From: Candidatus Poribacteria bacterium
GTDB taxonomy: Bacteria > Poribacteria > WGA-4E > WGA-3G
Length of the DNA stretch: 64,000 bases
Reading direction: 5' to 3'
NCBI GenBank assembly: GCA_009839745.1
Contig: VXPE01000070.1
Location: 24,445 to 88,444, forward strand
In this document: positions 36,192 through 43,954 of the stretch, piece by piece
Position numbering within the stretch: position 1 is the first letter of the stretch
Layout of the letters: every line of letters begins with the position of its first letter
Program-made: the position numbers and the translations under genes
The notes under the pieces: generated by a model
What the model was told of the DNA's origin: nothing
The model's database searches: none
What the model saw: the letters and a program-made list of their open reading frames with translations, nothing else

Positions 36192-37325
36192 TTAATGTTT
36201 AGGTTTCCAGTGCTTATCCTTGGTTAATTCAACTTCAACTAATTCCAATTGCTTCTCCGCAAAGAACTCTTTTAAGTCCTCGGAAAGTTGTTTGATAGGT
36301 TGTTGAAATTCGACGATGTTAATCAATTCTTGTCCTATTGAAGACAGTTGGAGCCCGGGCATGTGGAAATTCCAGTCCGGGGTCAGACTGCTTTGACGAG
36401 ATCTAAGGAAATAGTAGTTATTAGTATATAAAAAGGGAGCAACTGACGTTTCATTTAAAGAAGGTATAAGTGGTAAAGTTTCTACAAAAACCTCGGCGAT
36501 GTTTAAGGTAACTCCACCCATATAATTTATATTCACCCCAGGATTCGCTGGTAGCAACGAATATTCCTGTAGCCTTTCTAAATTTGGTATAGAAATTCCG
36601 TAATTTTCTAAAAACCTATTCGTTCTTCCTACATCAAAACTTGGAAAAATTGACTGATAAATAAAGCCAGAGCCAGCGGGAGCGTCAAATGAAATGCAAC
36701 CAGAACAGAAAGTTCTAAATATTGATGCAGTCTCTGAATCTATTTGACCTAATAGTTTGATGGCACGTATTGAAAAGGTACCAGGTCTTTTAATCTCACC
36801 TGCCAGTATGCGAGCAAAACGTTCTTGCATTTCTTCCGAACTTTTCTGGCAAGCTTCATTTTCAAAGTCATTGAGCCAGTCATCTTGGATGGTCTTTTCC
36901 GAATCCCCCTCGACATTTTCAGTTATTGAACTATCATATTCCGTTTTCTTCAAGTGACCTACGGTCATAGACAAGATTTTTTCAAGGTTAAACTGTTCTC
37001 TCAGTATCTTTTCCGCAAATCTATTACCGGCTCTCTGTGGAAATTCCGGATCAACTTTCATTTGTTGGATAATTTGGTTTGTAACTTCTGTCTGAATTCT
37101 AATACGTCCCTCCGATTCTGATCGTTTTTCGGCAGATCTTCGTTCAAGATATCCAACGGGCACATCCATTAAAGCAGAACACAATCGATCAATAACTTTA
37201 AACATGTTACGACTAATTGGAGCAGGGATAGTTGAATCTGATACAAGATCACGGACAACGTCTATAGCAGAATTAGTTTCATCTGCAATAGTTGGCGGAG
37301 GATTCTTTTCGATTTCGTCAGACAT
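36192..37325 (-). CDS. hypothetical protein, DUF2806-like central motif
   Basis: 'DDWLNDFENEACQKSSEEMQERFARILAGEIKRPGTFSIRAIKLLGQIDSETASIF' matches my memory of DUF2806; this is unverified. ATG 37325 has AAGGA 7 nt upstream. The ORF-track start is a TTG. Confidence 0.5.
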   Translation of the reverse strand: MSDEIEKNPPPTIADETNSAIDVVRDLVSDSTIPAPISRNMFKVIDRLCSALMDVPVGYLERRSAEKRSESEGRIRIQTEVTNQIIQQMKVDPEFPQRAGNRFAEKILREQFNLEKILSMTVGHLKKTEYDSSITENVEGDSEKTIQDDWLNDFENEACQKSSEEMQERFARILAGEIKRPGTFSIRAIKLLGQIDSETASIFRTFCSGCISFDAPAGSGFIYQSIFPSFDVGRTNRFLENYGISIPNLERLQEYSLLPANPGVNINYMGGVTLNIAEVFVETLPLIPSLNETSVAPFLYTNNYYFLRSRQSSLTPDWNFHMPGLQLSSIGQELINIVEFQQPIKQLSEDLKEFFAEKQLELVEVELTKDKHWKPKH

Positions 37326-37392
37326 TATCAAATCCTTTCGGTTATTTTATACTCACTAATTTTCTAATCTGGTTCAGTCGAGAAACTTAATG

Positions 37393-39246
37393 CTACTCCA
37401 CAACAACCGTCTCCTCACCAAGCATATCAATAATCTTCACCGCAACGCGGGCATCAGGACGCGGGAGCGATACGGTGTATTCTCCCTCAACAAAATCTTC
37501 CTTTTTCTTTGGAACGTCGCTCTCGACTATTTTGAAATGCTCCCCCGTGTAATCGGTATCAATCAGGACACAATCAATCTGTGCGCGGAAGTCGTCGATT
37601 TGTTCGTCAAAAATGGTGCGGTCAATATCCATCCGTGCTAAAATGGTTGGACTCATGTACTCTGCGATGGTAATTTTAACACTATCTCCCTTTCTCTCAA
37701 AATTAATCTCTGCTGATGCAGGTTCAAAAGTAGTGACTCCTTCACTACCGATGTCGCGCACAAAGATTTTGTTTACTGCGCGCCGTCTGTTTTCCTCCTT
37801 GAGTTCCGCCTGAATCCCGCTATTGATACCGTAACAAAATACAGTGATGTTACGCGACTCATCTGGCCGCTTCTCAAGTTCGTCTTTAATTGTCTGAATG
37901 TCTAATGGCGTGAGCGGTTTCGTTAGGTCAATGATTTTGACGAGTGTTCCGTCCAAGGTGCCATTAAAAAACGCCTCTTGCCTATCAGTTTGCACGCCAT
38001 ATTTTTTCATGACAATATCCCTTCGCTCCAAATCGGTACTTGCATCGTAGTTATTGACGCGATAGTGTGCCATGCCGCGCTGCATATTTGGTAGCGTCTG
38101 TAGTCTTTTTATTGTTGTCTGGATCGCCCCTTTGTTAATATCTGCAGCAATCCAACGTCTGCCGAGTTTTTCTGCTACGGCAGCAGTGGTGCCACTTCCG
38201 ACAAAACAGTCAAGGACGATAGAATTTTTATTGCTTGATGCTTCGATGATACGCACAAGGAGTGCTTCGGGCTTTTGAGTTGGGTAATGAAGATATTCGT
38301 TCGGATTAACACCTAACCCAGGAATATCATCCCATATATTATCAGCAACTGTTTTCTCAAGAACTTTATCACCAACAGTTTCGCGGTGATACTTGATCCT
38401 TATTTTGCCTGCCGTTACCGACACCTTGCCATCCTTAATCAAAAGTTTCCCACCGCGTGTGACAAAAATGCGTCCTTCTTTATAAAGTTTAATAATGCTC
38501 TCGTCAGAGTATGTCCCTGGGTCGGAAGTTGCGAAGAAATCTTTATCATCTTTTTTGAATTTTCGCTTGGCTTCTTCCAACGAGAGGGTAATAACTTTTT
38601 CGATTTTATTCCAAATTGCGTTGTCCTTGTCTTTTGCATAGAGATAAATATAATCCGAACTAAATGGCATAAACTCGGCATGTGTTTTCATTCCTCGGAC
38701 AATTTGTCGACGCCATGTCACCAAGTTAAGAAAATTGCTTTTCCCAAAAATCTCGTCCATTGCAAGGCGGAGATAACTATTCATTCGCCAGTCACAATGC
38801 ACGTAGATTGACCCATTATCAGTCAACAATTCCCGCATCAAAATCAACCGTTCATACATGAATTGGAGATAGTTGTCATTTGCCCAGATATCGGTGTATT
38901 GCGTCTGTTCAATCACAGAATGTCCCTCAGCCTTCAAATCTTCTTTCTTACCACGTAGTTTCACTTTCCGCACGTAGTCTGCACCACTTGCAAACGGAGG
39001 ATCAATATAAATGAGGTCAATCTTGCCACGGAAACCTTGCACAAGCAGCGTGGAGAGAATCTCTTTATTGTCGCCGTGAAAAAGGAGGTTGGGACCGTCT
39101 TTAAATTTGTCATAAGTCGGTTCTTGCTCTGGGTTCTCCACGTCATAAGTATCCACCAATTGTGCAGGATAATTGCTTATTGTGTCAATTGGACGTTTGC
39201 CGACCCAGTGAAGCATAGGTCTGCCTTTAACTGGTTTTATTTTCAT
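37393..39246 (-). CDS. site-specific DNA methyltransferase, beta-class N6-adenine type (type III Mod-like)
   Basis: N-terminal 'LHWVGK', motif IV 'LIYIDPPFASG' preceding motif I 'LDCFVGSGTTAAVA', with a long variable region between them. SD AGGAAG lies upstream. Confidence 0.85.
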   Translation of the reverse strand: MKIKPVKGRPMLHWVGKRPIDTISNYPAQLVDTYDVENPEQEPTYDKFKDGPNLLFHGDNKEILSTLLVQGFRGKIDLIYIDPPFASGADYVRKVKLRGKKEDLKAEGHSVIEQTQYTDIWANDNYLQFMYERLILMRELLTDNGSIYVHCDWRMNSYLRLAMDEIFGKSNFLNLVTWRRQIVRGMKTHAEFMPFSSDYIYLYAKDKDNAIWNKIEKVITLSLEEAKRKFKKDDKDFFATSDPGTYSDESIIKLYKEGRIFVTRGGKLLIKDGKVSVTAGKIRIKYHRETVGDKVLEKTVADNIWDDIPGLGVNPNEYLHYPTQKPEALLVRIIEASSNKNSIVLDCFVGSGTTAAVAEKLGRRWIAADINKGAIQTTIKRLQTLPNMQRGMAHYRVNNYDASTDLERRDIVMKKYGVQTDRQEAFFNGTLDGTLVKIIDLTKPLTPLDIQTIKDELEKRPDESRNITVFCYGINSGIQAELKEENRRRAVNKIFVRDIGSEGVTTFEPASAEINFERKGDSVKITIAEYMSPTILARMDIDRTIFDEQIDDFRAQIDCVLIDTDYTGEHFKIVESDVPKKKEDFVEGEYTVSLPRPDARVAVKIIDMLGEETVVVE

Positions 39247-39258
39247 TGTGTGTTCTTC

Positions 39259-39963
39259 CTATGTTGTAGGCTGGAGTGCCATTTTTTCAACTGTTCGGCC
39301 AAGTATTCTTAAGTTTAGAGATTTTTGTTGCACAAAACTATCCCAAGATGTATAGCATCGAATAGATGCTTTTTTAGGTTTTGGAGCGTCTTCCGTGTTT
39401 TTCAGTCTCCGGATTAAAAGTTCCATTGTTTTTTGTATTTTCTCCGCAGTAGGATATTTGGAGAAGGGAGGAATTGTATTTGCATCAATAAATCCTTGAT
39501 GGATATTGTCTGAGCTTCGTTTTAAATTACTCTTCCAAAATCTCCTTTCACGATTAGTTGCAGTCAATCGCCCACATGTAAAATCGTATCCCCAACGTGC
39601 AAAATCTTCTTTTAACTTTGCAAATAAATTATCTGAGATAATAAAAAAATCAAGATCCGACTTGTTATCAATAAAAGGGGCACCGAGTTTACAAGGGTCA
39701 AAAGATTTGCCTAACTGCGCACTTCCCACCAAACCAATTTCTTTTGCTTTAACCTCTAAACGATCTGCAACCCAACAACGAATAGAATCATATATGGCCG
39801 GACAAATAGAAAAAACAGATGGTATTCCTTCAGATAACCAGAGTCTTGCAATCGTCTCTTGGGCTTCTTTACCACCTTCAAGTGCTACTTGAAGCAACAA
39901 TGCTGGATCGGGATAGTGGACAAACAGCTTTCGGAGTGATGCTTCAATTTCAAAAGGTTTCAT
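39259..39963 (-). CDS. hypothetical protein with pol-beta-fold nucleotidyltransferase-like motif
   Basis: 'LVGSAQLGKSF..(15 aa)..SDLDFFIISD' resembles G-S...D-x-D of minimal NTases. ATG 39963 has GGAGA 6 nt upstream. It overlaps the upstream ORF by 14 nt and ends 12 nt before the mod gene. Confidence 0.5.
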   Translation of the reverse strand: MKPFEIEASLRKLFVHYPDPALLLQVALEGGKEAQETIARLWLSEGIPSVFSICPAIYDSIRCWVADRLEVKAKEIGLVGSAQLGKSFDPCKLGAPFIDNKSDLDFFIISDNLFAKLKEDFARWGYDFTCGRLTATNRERRFWKSNLKRSSDNIHQGFIDANTIPPFSKYPTAEKIQKTMELLIRRLKNTEDAPKPKKASIRCYTSWDSFVQQKSLNLRILGRTVEKMALQPTT

Positions 39964-40675
39964 TTTGAATCTCCCCATAAGATTTTAGACTTTCACTCAT
40001 AGTATTGGCTAGTGTTATTAAATGACGACCTCTACGCTGAATTTTCTCTAAATGTTCAGACCCACATTCTCCAGGTTCTGGATATTTTAATCGAGCAACG
40101 AGCTTAGCAGCCTCAAAAACATTAATCGATTTTGGATTAATTCTCAGTCTTGTGCAAGCCTGCCTAAAATTGTTCATTCCCCAACCATAATAAGCAATCC
40201 ATAAATAAAGAATTGGCAATCGATCTTTCGGAATATATCGCGTCAAACGGACAGCAAAAAAAATCTCAATAAATTTTCGCCTCCACGTTTTTTCATAACG
40301 ACCTGTGACTGCTCTGACAAACTGCATAGCGATTGTTGACCCCCCCTGCCTTACTCCACAGAAAACAGTTTTCCAAAGTGCTCTACAAAGAGCAAACAGA
40401 TCAACACCAAGATGTTCATAAAAGCGATGATCTTCGCCGACAATGAGCAGCTTACACATTTGTGGTGTTGGGATCGGGAAATCAGTTTGAGCGATTTCTA
40501 ACTCCAACTTTTCGACTGAGTCACATAGTTGTTCCCATTGGATTTTAATCGGTACTTGCATCAGAATTTCCCATATATATGGTGAATGTACTACCATCGG
40601 AAATTTGGGCCACCATCTAAACCAAGATTGTGGTATAATAACAATCCCTCCAATGGCCAAACGCAGAAGATTCAC
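39950..40675 (-). CDS. GT51-like (peptidoglycan glycosyltransferase / MtgA-like) domain protein
   Basis: Ordered GT51 blocks 'GEDHRFYEHLGVD', 'QGGSTIAMQ', 'RRKFIEIFFAVRL', 'KDRLPILYLWIAYYGWG' and 'AAKLVARLKYPEP', with a hydrophobic N-terminus. The start is uncertain: GTG 40675, ATG 40597 or ATG 40561. Confidence 0.7.
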   Translation of the reverse strand: MNLLRLAIGGIVIIPQSWFRWWPKFPMVVHSPYIWEILMQVPIKIQWEQLCDSVEKLELEIAQTDFPIPTPQMCKLLIVGEDHRFYEHLGVDLFALCRALWKTVFCGVRQGGSTIAMQFVRAVTGRYEKTWRRKFIEIFFAVRLTRYIPKDRLPILYLWIAYYGWGMNNFRQACTRLRINPKSINVFEAAKLVARLKYPEPGECGSEHLEKIQRRGRHLITLANTMSESLKSYGEIQNETF

Positions 40676-40683
40676 TTCCGATT

Positions 40684-40810
40684 ATCCTACAAGTGTCCAA
40701 CCAGAAACGCCCTCACTCGGCATTAGGCTATTTAGCCCCTGTCGGATGTGAGTCACAACACTTGTCTTAACTGGACGGATTTTTTGGTCTAAATAAGGGT
40801 TGGCACTCCA
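40684..40810 (+). pseudogene. IS3-family transposase 3' remnant with element end
   Basis: The frame reads '..NQKRPHSALGYLAPVGCESQHLS*' (40699-40770), the conserved C-terminal integrase-core tail of IS3 transposases. No upstream part of the gene is present. Confidence 0.6.
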
Positions 40811-40813
40811 GAC

Positions 40814-40966
40814 TCATTCTTGTTTCTGTTCAAAGTCTGCAATACTTTGATAGCTGTTCTGAAGTAGAGCGATAATATCAACCCCCATGTTTTTGGCAGC
40901 ATTCCAGTCAGATTTGGCTTTTTCAAGTTCTCCTATATTTAACCACGCCATACCCCGAAAACTATA
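40814..40966 (-). pseudogene. 3' fragment of the IS-disrupted TIR-TPR gene
   Basis: The minus frame reads 'YSFRGMAWLNIGELEKAKSDWNAAKNMGVDIIALLQNSYQSIADFEQKQE*'. It joins in-frame to the 5' part once the IS and one TATA copy are removed. Confidence 0.6.
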
Positions 40967-42003
40967 TAACCCAAGTTGCTAGTAGTGCATCAAGATTGAG
41001 TTTATGATAAGTAGGTCGGGTAGAGCGTCAGCGAAACCCGACATCTTCAGGAGACCCCACTCTTAAACTCAAAGTTGAAAGACTACTAGTTAGTAATGAG
41101 TTGTAAATCCATGGGACATCCTTTATAGTGTTTTTATCCTAAAAAACCAAAAGGAGCACCCCATGGACCTAACTATTGTAGCAGTTTATACGATTTGTGA
41201 CGACCTTTTAATCTCACTCGGACATCAAGACGACCCTCGCGCAAAAATGTCGGATGCTGAAGTCATGACGACCGCCCTCATCGCCGCGAGATACTTTGGG
41301 GGTAATCAACAAACGGCTTGTGCCGCCTTGAAAACACTCGGATATATCCCGAATATGTTGGGACATTCCCGCTTCAACCGGCGACTTCATCAGGTATCAG
41401 AACACTTTCAAACGCTTTTTCAAGTCCTCGCTGAGGGGTTCAAAGCCGAGAACTCAGAGAATATCTACAGTATTGATACGTTTCCTGTAGCAGTGTGCGA
41501 CAATATCCGTATTTCTCGTTCACACCTGTATCAAGGGCCCGATTGGCATGGCAGGATCGCAAGCAAACGCCGCTACTTCTATGGGTTAAAAGCGCATCTG
41601 ATGGTCACCGAGACCGGTAAAATCGTTGAAGCGTTTTTCACCCCAGGACGCTGTTCGGATGTGCTTGGCTTACGGTGTTATGCCTTTGATTTACCCCAAG
41701 GGTCTGTTGTATACGCAGATAAAGCGTATTGTAACTATGGTATTGAAGATGCTTTAGCAGCCTCCGGGATTTCACTAAAACCTATTCGTAAGAAGAATGC
41801 TAAACGTCAGTATCCGCCTCATGAAGTTTATCTGCAACACTTCCACAGAAAGCGCGTGGAGGTGACCAACAGTCTCATTGAGCAACTCTTCCCGAAGTCG
41901 ATCCATGCGGTGACGGCTGTCGGTTTTGAGTTGAAAGTCTTCTTGTTTATCATCGCTACAAGCATTAGACAACTCTTTGGAGAAGAATAGCAACTTGGGT
42001 TAG
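40967..42003 (+). mobile_element. IS982-family insertion sequence (about 1.04 kb)
   Basis: Terminal inverted repeats AACCCAAGTTGCTA (40968-40981) and TAGCAACTTGGGTT (41988-42001). Single transposase ORF. TATA occurs on both flanks (40963-40966 and 42004-42007). Boundaries are good to about 2 bp. Confidence 0.75.
41163..41990 (+). CDS. IS982-family DDE transposase
   Basis: 'VYTICDDLL', 'SIDTFPVAVCDN', 'YFYGLKAHLMVTETGKIVEAFFTPGRCSDV', 'VYADKAYCNYGIEDAL' and 'RKRVEVTNSLIEQLF'. SD AAGGAG lies upstream. Confidence 0.8.
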   Translation: MDLTIVAVYTICDDLLISLGHQDDPRAKMSDAEVMTTALIAARYFGGNQQTACAALKTLGYIPNMLGHSRFNRRLHQVSEHFQTLFQVLAEGFKAENSENIYSIDTFPVAVCDNIRISRSHLYQGPDWHGRIASKRRYFYGLKAHLMVTETGKIVEAFFTPGRCSDVLGLRCYAFDLPQGSVVYADKAYCNYGIEDALAASGISLKPIRKKNAKRQYPPHEVYLQHFHRKRVEVTNSLIEQLFPKSIHAVTAVGFELKVFLFIIATSIRQLFGEE

Positions 42004-43189
42004 TATAGTCTGCGATTGCTTTGTCATACTCACCAAGCGCAGCATAAGCCTCGCCGCGAATAGTATATACCTCGTCCTCCATAGTATAGACTTCGTTACG
42101 AACTGAATACAATTTTATTGCTTTGTTGCAGTTTTTGATGGCACGTTTGTAATTGCCTTTCCTGGAATAAGTCGCCCCACGGTTCACGTAGGCAACGGGA
42201 TAATTAGGTTTAAGCCTTATCGCCTTATTCAAATCTACGACCGCTTTGTCACATTCACCAATCATATTGTAAACTCCACCACGAGTAGTGTAAGCCTCAG
42301 CATAATCTGGCATCAGTTTTATTGCCTTGCTACATTCTTTGAGGGCGCGTCTATAATCACCCTTACTGCCATAAACTTCCCCAAGATTCAGGTAGGCAAT
42401 GGCAGAATTTGGATATAGTTCAATCGCTTTGTTATATTCTTTGATGGCGCGCTCATTTTCGTTTTTTCCGTCATAAGCAGCACCTCGGTTGTTATAGGCA
42501 AGTGAAAAATTTGGTTCGAGATCAATTGCTTTTGTAAAGTCTTTTATTGCTTTGTCGTGTTCACCTTGCATGTGGAAGGCAGCCCCTCGATTGTTATACG
42601 CACCAACATGGCGTGGATTGAGTTCAAGCGCCTGTGAGTAGAATTCTATCGCTTTGTTGATTTGATCCAGCATCAGTATGAAGTTACCCTGTTGGAACAC
42701 CCACTCAGTAAGTTGATCGCTCTGAGTATTCTCAGATGATAGGCCTTCCCGAGTCTTTATTTTTTCAATAACTTTCCATATACCTTCTACCACATTTTGC
42801 CAACCTTCGCTCTTATCATCCCATTTGCTAAGAGACTTACCTTTGTGAGGAAGCACTTCAAAACGACTAATTTGATGACGTAGCCAATCGCAATGTTCAA
42901 GGAGAATCGGGATAACCTTTATTTTTTGGTTCAATGCCTCTACTAATTCCCTGTTGCAGTTTTTAGAGGCGAGACTGGCAGCGGAGACGAGGTAGATAAG
43001 CAAATCCGAATCAGCAACTTTTTCGAGAATATTTTCCTGAAGTGCTTCGTCGCCTGGGGTAAGTCGACAATCATCCCAAGTTACTAACTCGTTTTGCTGC
43101 TCCATTACAGCGAGACGTTCTCGTAATTCGTCTTTTTGTTTTGCATCCTTGTGTGAATAGGTAATGAATCCTTTTAGTGGTTTGTTCAC
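42004..43189 (-). pseudogene. TIR-domain / TPR-repeat protein, 5' part (interrupted by IS982 after codon ~395)
   Basis: TIR 'GFITYSHKDAKQKDEL..SKNCNRELVEAL', followed by at least 7 TPR units ('AYNNRGAAF..', 'AYLNLGEVY..'). The GTG start overlaps the upstream stop (GTGA). The ORF-track tail 41828-42003 is antisense IS sequence. Confidence 0.8.
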
Positions 43190-43527
43190 GATTGTTTCTC
43201 CATAACACCGTGCTTTGAATGGGCGGAATCTTTTAATGTGGAAAGAATGTCCAGTACTTTATCCAATTGCGGTGGGGGCTCGGTATTAAGGAGATAGGTG
43301 AGCGTCTGCGGACTGAGATTTGTCCATGCAACCAGTTCTTCAACTCCGCCTTGCGCTTCTGCAATATCTTTCAGGCAGAGCAATAATAATTCAATATTAC
43401 CATCCTTATCAAAGTCTTGGAGGGCAGTTTCCAAGTAACCTTTTGCAAATTCCGGTTGTACCAAGTCTTTAAGGAGGTAGTCTTTAAACCTTATTGTGCA
43501 ATGTCGAAGCTTAATCTCTGTGTTCAT
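43186..43527 (-). CDS. HigA-like addiction-module antidote protein (HTH)
   Basis: 'FAKGYLETALQDFDKDGNIELLLLCLKDIAEAQGGVEELV..NLSPQTLTYLL'. ATG 43527 has AAGGAG 8 nt upstream. Confidence 0.75.
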   Translation of the reverse strand: MNTEIKLRHCTIRFKDYLLKDLVQPEFAKGYLETALQDFDKDGNIELLLLCLKDIAEAQGGVEELVAWTNLSPQTLTYLLNTEPPPQLDKVLDILSTLKDSAHSKHGVMEKQS

Positions 43528-43532
43528 TGTGA

Positions 43533-43868
43533 TTACTCCTTCATGTGTCCTAAGAAGTCGTTCCAATAGTTTTGTGCTCTGTCAATATCCCGCTGTTGTG
43601 TGCCTTTCGTACCCCCACAAAGCAAGATAATGTCATTTTGAAAAAGTCCGAAATAGACGCGATATCCAGGACCATAACGGATTCTCAATTCATATAAACC
43701 TGAACTTAATCGCTTGAAGTCGCCAAAGTTCCCTATTCGCAAACGTGTAATTCTATTGGATATAGCTATCCGTGCATTTTGATCTCTAATCCGCGTGTAC
43801 CATTGCTGATATGAATCGCGGCCACTTGGTGTTGTGTAGGTGAGTATTTCTCTGGGACGAATTTGCAT
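43533..43868 (-). CDS. HigB/RelE-family addiction-module killer protein
   Basis: 'RLRIGNFGDFKRLSSGLYELRIRYGPGYRVYFGLFQNDIILLCGGTKGTQQRDIDRA'. Toxin-first gene order. Confidence 0.78.
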   Translation of the reverse strand: MQIRPREILTYTTPSGRDSYQQWYTRIRDQNARIAISNRITRLRIGNFGDFKRLSSGLYELRIRYGPGYRVYFGLFQNDIILLCGGTKGTQQRDIDRAQNYWNDFLGHMKE

Positions 43869-43954
43869 GTTTATAAGTGTAATGAAATTTTTAGCAATTT
43901 TTAACCTTTTTCCATCCACACAGCGTGAGAACCACCACTTATACCGAACTCACA

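Noticed and set aside
41828-42003. C-terminal 58 residues of the ORF-track TIR-TPR translation ('NPSCYSSPKSCLMLVAMINKK...').
   Set aside because: This is read-through into the antisense strand of the IS982 element and not part of the native protein.
39259-43189. Calling the NTase-like ORF a CBASS CD-NTase, or the TIR gene a Thoeris ThsB.
   Set aside because: The NTase-like ORF is only 234 aa, has a single weak motif, and has no adjacent CBASS effector or Cap genes. No ThsA (SIR2/Macro-SLOG) gene accompanies the TIR, which is fused to TPRs instead.
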